The notes under the pieces are model-generated. The model was not told where the DNA came from, did no database searches, and saw nothing but the letters and a program-made list of their open reading frames with translations. A program made the translations under genes and the position numbers. Below, piece after piece: positions 20,722-28,736 of a stretch of DNA of 64,000 nt. This DNA comes from a virus: UHGV virus genome UHGV-0125821; one strand, 5' to 3'. Position 1 is the stretch's first letter; every line of letters begins with the position of its first letter.

Positions 20722-20750
20722 TAAAAACCCGCCAATTAGCGGGTTTTTTG
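20722..20750 (+). terminator. Rho-independent terminator
   Basis: AAAACCCGC-CAATTA-GCGGGTTTTTTG. Confidence 0.75.
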
Positions 20751-20790
20751 TTTATTGCATCTTCCGATACCGTCATCAAACTAATAAAAT

Positions 20791-20805
20791 ATGTTAGAAA
20801 ACTAA
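20791..20805. promoter_or_regulatory. Operator-like motif (reverse complement of TTAGTTTTCTAACAT)
   Basis: Exact 15-mer shared with sites at 31322, 48135 and 43237; 25 nt upstream of the 20830 start. Confidence 0.45.
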
Positions 20806-20829
20806 TTCAACAAAGTAACGGGAATAGCA

Positions 20830-22038
20830 ATGAGTCAACACACTGATACTTCTAATCTGGAAATTATCTCGACAGCAATTGAAACGCTGCGCACACAAAT
20901 CGCTCTTATACAGAAACGGAATCCGGGTGATGACCTGTCAAAGCGACTGCACGAGAGTGTCATTGCCACTACAGATAACCTGGTGGCGGAAATCAACAAG
21001 CTGCTTGATGATGGGGCAGTTGATTACAATAAGCTGGTGGATCAGTTTGAGGAATACCAACAAGCAGTTAATGATGGCTTGATCCGTTTTTCACAAGTCA
21101 CAGGCGTATCAGCGACAGTTGAAAGCCTGGGTGATGCAGTTAATCAATTTGCCGCGAATATGCGTAATGAGATCGGCAATCTGGAAGCGCGTCTTGAACA
21201 GGCAAATACACTGCGTAAATCTGCCGAAGCCGATTTGAACCGTTACAAAAAAGACTATCCGCCCAGCCTGACAAAGCGGCTGGATGTTGCGGAGAAGGAT
21301 AACCGCACGCTGAAAAGAGAGCGCCGGGAACTAAAAGAGCGTTTAACCAAGCTCAATCAGCAATGCATTGATTATCAAGGCGAAGGCGTCACACTGCGTA
21401 AAAAGTTGGCTACAGCGCAGAGCATTATCGAAACATTAAAGCGAGAGTGCTCACAGCTTGGTCACGATCTGAACCGTGCTTGTGGCATGGGACAAAGACC
21501 AGAGACATTTCCACTTATGTATGACGGAAGGGATGCCATTGCCTACATCCATGAGTATCCGCACGGCCTGGTTGCGGAAACTGGGCAGCGTGGCGAAGCA
21601 CTGCTGACGGCTAATTACCATCAACAAATCAGAACCAATCGCTTGTTAACGATGGATGTGATCCCATCGGTATGGGGAACGCCGCTTTACTATCGCCTGC
21701 CGGGCTTCGAAAAGGACTGGAATACCGACATAGACGAATGTCTCGCAGATAAAATTATGGCGTACCTGGAGACGGATTTTCCGCGCTTATATCGCCGGAT
21801 TATGGACTCTAAGGATGCGCCAATCGATGAATTAAAAATGCGTCCGGAGACGCTGGAGGCAATCAAGCAGACGGAGTTTGATACTGTATTCAGTGTGGCC
21901 TGCATTCCAAGCTGTTTCCATGAAAGCATTCCGTTCATGCAAGGAGATCGTCGTCAGGAAATCATTGACGCTTGCCGGGTATGGGCGAACGAATGGGATA
22001 AGAAGAATGGGGGTGTAGAAGATCTTTACGGGAAATAA
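20830..22038 (+). CDS. Hypothetical protein with N-terminal coiled coil
   Basis: 402-aa ORF bracketed by operator-like motifs at both ends. Confidence 0.6.
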   Translation: MSQHTDTSNLEIISTAIETLRTQIALIQKRNPGDDLSKRLHESVIATTDNLVAEINKLLDDGAVDYNKLVDQFEEYQQAVNDGLIRFSQVTGVSATVESLGDAVNQFAANMRNEIGNLEARLEQANTLRKSAEADLNRYKKDYPPSLTKRLDVAEKDNRTLKRERRELKERLTKLNQQCIDYQGEGVTLRKKLATAQSIIETLKRECSQLGHDLNRACGMGQRPETFPLMYDGRDAIAYIHEYPHGLVAETGQRGEALLTANYHQQIRTNRLLTMDVIPSVWGTPLYYRLPGFEKDWNTDIDECLADKIMAYLETDFPRLYRRIMDSKDAPIDELKMRPETLEAIKQTEFDTVFSVACIPSCFHESIPFMQGDRRQEIIDACRVWANEWDKKNGGVEDLYGK

Positions 22039-22054
22039 TGTGTTAGAAATCTAA
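22039..22054. promoter_or_regulatory. Operator-like motif TGTGTTAGAAATCTAA
   Basis: Core GTTAGAA immediately followed by TCTAA; right after the 20830-22038 stop. Confidence 0.35.
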
Positions 22055-22196
22055 AATCACAATTCGAATGTATTGATTGTGAGGGTAACTTAACATAGAA
22101 TTTTCCTTGCTGGTGGGCGGTACCCACGTTTCGCTTGCTGGGCTTGATAGTCACTTATTGGTTATTGTTCGCCCACCAGCATTTAACAAATTAAAG

Positions 22197-22209
22197 TGTT
22201 AGAAAAATA
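22197..22209. promoter_or_regulatory. Operator-like motif GTGTTAGAAAAAT
   Basis: Same core as the other copies. Confidence 0.35.
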
Positions 22210-22547
22210 TAGTAACGCAAGAGCACGCTTTGGCACCGTGCAGGCCAAAGTTCAGCAGGTTTAGTGCGGAAAGTGGTTTCAGAGAGAGCACTTTGCGGAG
22301 TAAACGACAATACATGTTGAGCCACGGAAGGTCTTTTTAAGGTGTTCATTGATGATGGTCCGGCAGAGAGTAACGGTACATGCTGCATCTAATCATCAAT
22401 GCACATCTTCAACATTAAGGAGGCATAGGGATTTTTGTGGCGGTTACCTTTTGCCCTGAGTCTCCTTAATGTTGCAGTAATGCACCTATGCGGATGTGGC
22501 CTTGCATTGTGTCTTGAAAGAATGGGGTAAGGCCGGGGATATCCCCA

Positions 22548-22562
22548 GGGGGAGGCACCCCC
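22548..22562 (+). other. RNA hairpin GGGGG-AGGCA-CCCCC (1 of 3 with invariant AGGCA loop)
   Basis: 5-bp stem, 5-nt loop; stems differ between copies by compensatory changes. Confidence 0.4.
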
Positions 22563-22788
22563 GCTGCAACGAACAGCCACAGACGGCAGTCTAGTGATGG
22601 AAACGTGCAAAGACTTTAAACCTCGTTACGGCTGGCGTGGCAAACGCGACAACCGAGACAGAGCGGTGACGGGCGGAGAGAGTGCCGCATCAAGAAAGAA
22701 GCCGACTTGTGATCCCTTTCAGCGGGCATTTGAAAGTGAATCTAGCTCAGGCAGTCGGCTTCTTTCTTGTGTGAGATGTAGCGTATTT

Positions 22789-22812
22789 GCCCATCTTCGG
22801 GTGGGCTTTTTT
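22789..22812 (+). terminator. Rho-independent terminator closing an ORF-poor structured region
   Basis: GCCCATC-TTCG-GGTGGGC followed by TTTTTT; preceded by a long imperfect hairpin at about 22700-22770. Confidence 0.6.
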
Positions 22813-23272
22813 AGGGTTTTCGTCATGGTTAGCGACTTTGCGGCGGTTTAGAAACCGACCATTAAAGTAAATGCAAACGATGATCTGATGATGGTAGCGG
22901 CCTAAGAAGCCTGACGCCACGGGGTATGAGTCGTCCCCCGTCAAAAAATCGACCGCAGAGTGTCCCCGTCTGTGTATTAGGGAACGGGGAGGCATAACAG
23001 GCAAGGGCGCTGGTGTGATTAACCAGATGAATGAGAAGGGTCAGGTCTTTCTGGTCAGCGCCCTTACCTGTTACGTCCCTCCCGCGTAATAGCCATTGCT
23101 TAATGGCATCCTGGGGGAATTTCTTGTAACGGGTATATCCCGTCATGCTGAAGGCGCTAATCACGCTGGAAGCCAGGGTTATGCATCCCCTGTTACTGAA
23201 TTGCAGCCAGGGCGCGGTGCGCCGAAAAGCATACGGAGGTGGAAGCCCTCGCCGGAGACGTACCCGGCAAGT

Positions 23273-23348
23273 GATGGTGTAGCTCAGCGGTTAGAGCGGT
23301 TGACTGTTAATCAACGGGTCGATGGTTCAAATCCATCCACCATCGCCA
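23273..23348 (+). tRNA. tRNA-Asn (anticodon GTT)
   Basis: Manual fold: 7-bp acceptor GATGGTG/CACCATC, D-arm GCTC..GAGC, anticodon loop CTGTTAA, T-arm GATGG-TTCAAAT-CCATC, 3-prime CCA. Confidence 0.9.
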
Positions 23349-23350
23349 AT

Positions 23351-23426
23351 GCCGGTTTAGCTCAGTTGGTAGAGCGCCTGCCTTGTAAGCAGGATGTCAG
23401 CGGTTCGAGTCCGTTAACCGGCACCA
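23351..23426 (+). tRNA. tRNA-Thr (anticodon TGT)
   Basis: Acceptor GCCGGTT/AACCGGC, anticodon loop CTTGTAA, T-loop TTCGAGT, 3-prime CCA; 2 nt after tRNA-Asn. Confidence 0.9.
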
Positions 23427-23847
23427 ACACAACAGGTAAGGGTATTTTGCGACGTCGGAGATCGCCGTGCTTGGCAGAGGGTTCGAATCCCTACGAAGTA
23501 CCCTTACCGTTGTGATGAAGTGCAGCTCTTTGAAGCAACCAGAAGATAAGCATCTGGCTTCACAACATAAACCGCAGGAACGACCAATAAACGGTAGTCC
23601 GTATGGAGAACACCCCGTTGAGGAAGAGGCCTGGCCGGAACCGTAACCGGCACTACAACGTTAAGAACACTGGCGTAACGGGGTCATATCCCAATCTATG
23701 AATAAATGTTGCGTTGCAGCGTGACAACCAGTGTTCTCAACATTGTGGTGAATGCACAGGCTGATGTGCCGCAACTACAGTAGTGCGCGCTTTGCGGGGC
23801 TTGCTACAACCCTGTGTCGGAGTTCAGCACCGACCATCACAATCACT

Positions 23848-23934
23848 GGAGAGTAGGGAGCATGGTGCTCAAACGGTCTTGAAAACCGTCCCATTGCGCA
23901 AGCGATGATGGTTCGATTCCATTACTCTCCGCCA
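23848..23934 (+). tRNA. tRNA-Ser-like gene (anticodon TGA, long variable arm)
   Basis: Manual fold: acceptor GGAGAGT/ACTCTCC, anticodon stem ACGGT/ACCGT with loop CTTGAAA, 4-bp variable-arm hairpin, T-arm GATGG-TTCGATT-CCATT, discriminator G and CCA; D-arm short (3 bp). Confidence 0.45.
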
Positions 23935-24142
23935 GTGCAACGTTAAGAGTATTTGGCTAATTAAGCGAATGCCGGAAGCAGAACCGGATCACCAAATGCG
24001 TACAGGCGTCATCGCCGCCCAGCCAGCCAAGTGCTCTTACCATTGCGGTGAATGCGGTTAAGCGCACGCGGAACAGTTAAAACAATCCTCCTTAGTGGTT
24101 AAGTCAAACATCCCGGCGTTAATTGTTAACTGGTTAACGTCA

Positions 24143-24157
24143 CCTGGAGGCACCAGG
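24143..24157 (+). other. RNA hairpin CCTGG-AGGCA-CCAGG (2 of 3 with invariant AGGCA loop)
   Basis: Same loop as 22548 and 25771 with a covarying stem; followed by a T-run at 24166-24172. Confidence 0.4.
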
Positions 24158-24197
24158 CACCGCAGCTTTTTTATTCGTTAAATAATGGAGTGAGAGG

Positions 24198-24434
24198 ATG
24201 CAGAACAATCCGAACAAATGTCGAACGCTATGGGTGCGGTTATATATTTATGTCGCCCTCTGTTTGATTGTGTCACTGGTTCTGTATGTTTGGCTTTTGC
24301 CAAATATGATCTCATCTGACAGCACAATACTTGTATTGTTGGGAGTCCTTCTCGCGCTCATTTACCCGGCTTTTGCAGTAGTCTTTTTTCGTGAAAAAAC
24401 CAGGAAATTGATTAATGAAAAAAACGTTGATTAG
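24198..24434 (+). CDS. Small integral membrane protein
   Basis: 78 aa with two hydrophobic helices; overlaps the start of the downstream SPFH gene. Confidence 0.4.
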   Translation: MQNNPNKCRTLWVRLYIYVALCLIVSLVLYVWLLPNMISSDSTILVLLGVLLALIYPAFAVVFFREKTRKLINEKNVD

Positions 24435-25221
24435 TGCAGCGATTATTTTTGGTTCTTTATGTCTGACCGGATGCGACCGGGTAGAACCAGGCAATGTAGG
24501 GATCAAAGTAAATAAGCTGGGGGATGATAAAGGTGTCGGCGAAGTAGTTGGCGTTGGTCGCTACTGGACAGGCTGGAACACAGAAGTTTATATCTTCCCG
24601 ACCTTTAAGCAAATGAAGACCTATGATGATCCGTTCAGCTTCCAAATGAGCGACGGGACAACAATTGGTTACCACATTGGTGTAGCTTACAAGGTTGATC
24701 CGGCAAAAGTCACAACTGTATTTCAGACCTACCGCAAAGGCGTGGATGACATTACCGACACTGACCTGCGCCAGAAGATCGCCGATGCACTCAACCGACT
24801 GGCCAGCAAAATGACCACCGATAAGTTTATCGACGGTGGTAAGTCTGAACTGCTGGATTCAGCACTTAAAGATATTCAGGAAGAGATGACCCCCATCGGC
24901 ATTCAGGTCATGAGCCTCTCTTATGTCGGTAAACCGGAATATCCGCCAACCGTTATCGACAGCATTAATGCAAAAGTCACGGCGAACCAGAAAACTCTGC
25001 AACGCGAAGCAGAAGCCAACATGCTGCGCGCAGAAGCTGCCGGACAGGCCGATGCCATTCGCACAAAAGCCCAGGCTGAAGCTGATGCCATTCGTTTACG
25101 CGGTGAGGCTCTGCGCCAGAACCCCGGCGTTATGGAGTTGGAAGCGATCAACAAATGGAACGGAACGCTACCGCAGTATATGACCAGTAATACCGCTGTT
25201 CCGTTTGTTCCGGTGAAATAA
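24415..25221 (+). CDS. SPFH/band-7 (prohibitin/HflC-like) domain lipoprotein
   Basis: Lipobox LTGC in the signal peptide; SPFH-type core and Ala/Glu-rich C-terminal helix (AEANMLRAEAAGQADAIRTKAQAEADAIR). Confidence 0.65.
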   Translation: MKKTLISAAIIFGSLCLTGCDRVEPGNVGIKVNKLGDDKGVGEVVGVGRYWTGWNTEVYIFPTFKQMKTYDDPFSFQMSDGTTIGYHIGVAYKVDPAKVTTVFQTYRKGVDDITDTDLRQKIADALNRLASKMTTDKFIDGGKSELLDSALKDIQEEMTPIGIQVMSLSYVGKPEYPPTVIDSINAKVTANQKTLQREAEANMLRAEAAGQADAIRTKAQAEADAIRLRGEALRQNPGVMELEAINKWNGTLPQYMTSNTAVPFVPVK

Positions 25222-25375
25222 CCAAATAGATAACATGATGGAATTTTGGACGTTTGCCGACAAGAACCCTTGGTGGACATTTTTATTTCTGCTGGTGGTT
25301 GCATATGGGGTCGAGCAAGCAGCAAAAGCCTTACGCGGTCCTGGCAAAAAGCGTAAGCGGAATTAACAGTAATCT

Positions 25376-25451
25376 GGCCCTTTAGCTCAGTGGTTAGAGC
25401 AGGCGACTCATAATCGCACGGTCACCGGTTCAAATCCGGTAGGGGCCACCA
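25376..25451 (+). tRNA. tRNA-Ile (anticodon CAT, lysidine type; tRNA-Met not excluded)
   Basis: GGCCCTTTAGCTCAGTGGTTAGAGCAGGCGACTCATAATCGC... closely resembles E. coli ileX/ileY tRNA; 3-prime CCA encoded. Confidence 0.85.
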
Positions 25452-25770
25452 TATTTGGTTGTAACACGGCGTCTGGCACATGCGTCGTTAGCGGTCTGGT
25501 GACGTTAAAAGGGGTATCTTTGACTCTTGCTTAGGCAAACGGACCAGGTAGCCGGAATGTGCAAGCCCCGGTAACAGTGGCGGACCGAGGACTCACCATC
25601 CTGGCGATTCGGTGTGACAGCCGGAAGAGCACGGCGCACAACAGGAAAAGGCGTTTAATTAGCGTGAGCGCCGTTTCCGTTGTGGTAATTGCGGCTATGC
25701 GCTCGTGACGAAGCCATTTTCATTCACTACGTTCTGATAAGTGACGTCGCCAGGAGTGGCTAACCTGGCA

Positions 25771-25785
25771 GGTGGAGGCACCACC
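25771..25785 (+). other. RNA hairpin GGTGG-AGGCA-CCACC (3 of 3 with invariant AGGCA loop)
   Basis: Third copy with a covarying stem; in the non-coding stretch between tRNA-Ile and the 25907 gene. Confidence 0.4.
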
Positions 25786-25906
25786 GCCACAACTCCTTTC
25801 AATTCATCATATAGCCGCTCAGGCTGTACCCCTTAATTAATACGAAGTTACGACATCACTACCGGTACTTCCGGGGGATAGTCGCGCGTGTAAAAAAGGA
25901 GACGTT

Positions 25907-26482
25907 ATGTTAATGGCGAACGATAACGCATATGCAGAAGAAGATCTCATTTTGAGTGACTTCATAGGGAAGCGTGAACGCTGGACCCAAAAGCGAGAGG
26001 AACTTTACGCCTCATTAGTTCGCAAAGGCGTCAATATCGAAACCGCACAGAGCGGCGATATGACAGTGGTAAGCGTTGGATTGCACGGTGTAAGCGTGTC
26101 AGCAATCAATCATGAGCCATACGTTGCGTTATCCGAGTCAATGGTAAGGTTAGTTAAGTTCCTGAAGTACACAGAAGCGAATAATGTAATCATTGGCAAA
26201 AAGAATATCCCTTTTTCCTCGGCTTTTTACTGGATGATGAAAGGGCTTGATGCCCGGCGGACATCATGGCCTAAAGGGAGCTATATATCGATGTTCCGTG
26301 GCAGCATTGGCAGCAAAGAAAAGCTCTTCGAATTCTTGCCGGAAGAGGCATTCGATATTGTGGAAGGGTGCGATGTGATGGTGATGCCTCGCCTGGTAAT
26401 GATGAATGGTGATTTACAGGCGCAGACAGACTGGTTTGCAACTGGTGTGGATATTATCGCGACTGACTGGGAGGCTTTCTGA
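25907..26482 (+). CDS. Hypothetical protein
   Basis: 191-aa ORF; AAGGAG upstream. Confidence 0.5.
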   Translation: MLMANDNAYAEEDLILSDFIGKRERWTQKREELYASLVRKGVNIETAQSGDMTVVSVGLHGVSVSAINHEPYVALSESMVRLVKFLKYTEANNVIIGKKNIPFSSAFYWMMKGLDARRTSWPKGSYISMFRGSIGSKEKLFEFLPEEAFDIVEGCDVMVMPRLVMMNGDLQAQTDWFATGVDIIATDWEAF

Positions 26483-26874
26483 TGTACGGGACTACCAAAT
26501 TAAGCACTCAACAGGCCACCAATATGGAGTGGTCTATCGCTAACTGTAAGATCGTGTCATGCAATGCCACGCGTACTGATGTGGGCCATAAAAGCACTAT
26601 AACAGGCTATCTAGTAATGACCACCAGGGGGATGAGGGTTAGCTTTCGCTGGAAAGCAGAGCAAGTAACGCCATTCAGAGAGCCATCAATGCCGCTGCAG
26701 GTTGAGCAGGATTATCTATGTTTACCAGAAATAGATGGCGGAATGCTGGTGGAGTCTGATGGTAGTAAGGCTGATTTTGAAGCCAATTTGAAGCTGGCAC
26801 AGGCCGTAATCAATAGTTATCGCGGAAAGTGGATCGCAAAAGTGAAACATGTTGTTCGTTTGTCTCGCTGGTAG
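26482..26874 (+). CDS. Hypothetical protein
   Basis: 130-aa ORF, start overlapping the upstream stop. Confidence 0.5.
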   Translation: MYGTTKLSTQQATNMEWSIANCKIVSCNATRTDVGHKSTITGYLVMTTRGMRVSFRWKAEQVTPFREPSMPLQVEQDYLCLPEIDGGMLVESDGSKADFEANLKLAQAVINSYRGKWIAKVKHVVRLSRW

Positions 26875-26890
26875 CGTTAGGTATTTAATA

Positions 26891-26906
26891 TTAATTTTCT
26901 AATACA
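26891..26906. promoter_or_regulatory. Operator-like motif TTAATTTTCTAATACA (variant core TCTAATA)
   Basis: About 80 nt upstream of the lpa-position gene; in P1 the lpa promoter is C1-controlled. Confidence 0.4.
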
Positions 26907-26982
26907 ATCATCTTTTTACCAGTCTATACAGTTTTAACATTCTCATTATCATCCCCTCGGTCATTTCCTGCCCGGGGGATTA

Positions 26983-27375
26983 ATGGAACAAATCAGCAGC
27001 GCAGAAATTGCGGATATCATGATCAGGGCTGACTGCTATCTGACAGTCACTGAAATTACCACTCTCGCCAAAGAAAAATACCCTCATCTCCATGTTTCAC
27101 GAGTAAGTGTAACTAACATCATTCGTCATTTTGTTCGTTCAAGCAGGGCAATCTGTGAGCTTGATGATCGTGTTTACCCACGAAAATACTGGTTGCATGG
27201 CCTGAACGGATATCAGTTCAAGGTGCGTGGGCGAACCCCTGAATATGGCAGTTTACTGGTTAAAAACTGTAGCAGGAAATCAGTCGAACAGGCGCGAAAA
27301 GAGCAACGAGAGCTGGTGGACATGGCGAATAAGCTGTGGAATGCCGCCGTTATAAAGCGTGGTGTTGCTTTATGA
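26983..27375 (+). CDS. Late-promoter-activator-position protein (Lpa-like, by position upstream of pacA)
   Basis: 130-aa ORF whose stop overlaps the pacA ATG (ATGA); operator-like motif upstream. No sequence recognition. Confidence 0.4.
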   Translation: MEQISSAEIADIMIRADCYLTVTEITTLAKEKYPHLHVSRVSVTNIIRHFVRSSRAICELDDRVYPRKYWLHGLNGYQFKVRGRTPEYGSLLVKNCSRKSVEQARKEQRELVDMANKLWNAAVIKRGVAL

Positions 27376-28736
27376 GTCTGGTTAATTGGGAGGAGCACCG
27401 CGCCCGCTTTATAGCGTTGCGTGAAGAAAAAGGGATCACTGTAAAGGAATACTGTGAGGAGCATGGCCTTAGCTTCAATACAGCCAGAAAGCATCTCAAT
27501 ATGAAAAAAAATGAGGTGCGGTCGCAGGTAAAGACAACAAAAAAAAGCACCAAATCACCTGAAAAAAAACGGGCGGGAAGAGCAACAAAAAAGCTGGAAG
27601 AGGGTGTAGAAAAAACAAAATTTACAGAAATTGACAATTCGCAGGGCGCAGGTTCTTTCCGAAGTATGCCGAGAAAGAAAACTTCGGATCATGAAAATAA
27701 TTCAAATAATAACAATAAGATAAAAGAATCTGTCAGGAGATCATTGCGCGAAAAAATGGCGAAAATGATCCCCGAAGAAGATAAAAACGCCCCAAAAATT
27801 GAGGGATCTTCTGCAATGATCCATGACGGTGCTGTGCAGCGAGCCACATTGCCAACTACGAATGTGGCTCGCGATATGATGAAGAACGGCGCAGAAGAAC
27901 ACCTGCGGTTAGCAATTCAAATGGCGCAAGAGCGCGCACTTCAGTATCAAAGCATTGTTGATCAGGAGGCCGAACGTCTACAGGCGGAAATAGACGCCTT
28001 GGGCGATAAAGAGCCAGAAGGAATGCACCCTGGGCAGCGCCTTCTCGGTCTAATCAGTGACGCGGCCTACTACATGAATGATTTTATCAGTAGGTTGGCA
28101 GCTATATATCAGTCCGAACAAAAGCTGCGACAGGGGGATGAAAAGCTTCGTCAGAGCGCTCGCCAGCAAGCATTCAAAGAGGCTGAGGCCAGAGAAAAAC
28201 TCGAATTAGCACGCCTACAGGCCGAACAGCGTGGCAAAGAGATTGAATATCGCATTGGCGCTGACGCACGCGCAGCCAGAGTTATCGCCGCCGCTATACG
28301 TATGCGTGAGCGCGAGGAACTGGATGATATCGGTGTTGCTGAATACATCGAGCGCCAGGGTGTCAGCGTCCCGGCTATCCTCGCGGCGCGCGCGGCGAAA
28401 GCTATCACTCTTCTCGAACCACCTGTTTCTGACGTCAATGATGTTGATGATGAACAGCTGGACAAAGAGGCAAGGGAGTTTGCAACGCTTCAGGCTAACC
28501 ATCCGCAATGGCTGGCAGAGCGCCGGGCGGATGTGGCAACCATTGTTGAAGAATTGGGGTGCGGAGATTACGACCGCAATGGCGAGCGTAAAGCTGGAGA
28601 ATTCGAGGCCAACGACGAAGAGCTGGATATTGACCCTTCGGCAACGGCTGAAATTTACGGTGATTATGATGCATCTGATGCAGGGTATGACGCCGGAGAT
28701 GATGATATCGCGATAGAACCGCCGGAGGATGATTAA
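27372..28736 (+). CDS. pacA: Terminase small subunit, P1 PacA-like
   Basis: Begins MSLVNWEEH; immediately upstream of and coupled to a clear PacB homolog; Lys-rich linker then acidic C-terminus. Confidence 0.75.
   Translation: MSLVNWEEHRARFIALREEKGITVKEYCEEHGLSFNTARKHLNMKKNEVRSQVKTTKKSTKSPEKKRAGRATKKLEEGVEKTKFTEIDNSQGAGSFRSMPRKKTSDHENNSNNNNKIKESVRRSLREKMAKMIPEEDKNAPKIEGSSAMIHDGAVQRATLPTTNVARDMMKNGAEEHLRLAIQMAQERALQYQSIVDQEAERLQAEIDALGDKEPEGMHPGQRLLGLISDAAYYMNDFISRLAAIYQSEQKLRQGDEKLRQSARQQAFKEAEAREKLELARLQAEQRGKEIEYRIGADARAARVIAAAIRMREREELDDIGVAEYIERQGVSVPAILAARAAKAITLLEPPVSDVNDVDDEQLDKEAREFATLQANHPQWLAERRADVATIVEELGCGDYDRNGERKAGEFEANDEELDIDPSATAEIYGDYDASDAGYDAGDDDIAIEPPEDD

Noticed and set aside
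22594-22851. 85-aa ORF in the ORF-poor region
   Set aside because: Overlaps long RNA hairpins and a terminator; low-complexity translation; more likely non-coding.
23437-23513. tRNA-like segment immediately after tRNA-Thr
   Set aside because: Has a TTCGAAT T-loop-like element inside a 14-bp closing stem but no canonical acceptor/T-arm junction or anticodon arm; at most a tRNA remnant.
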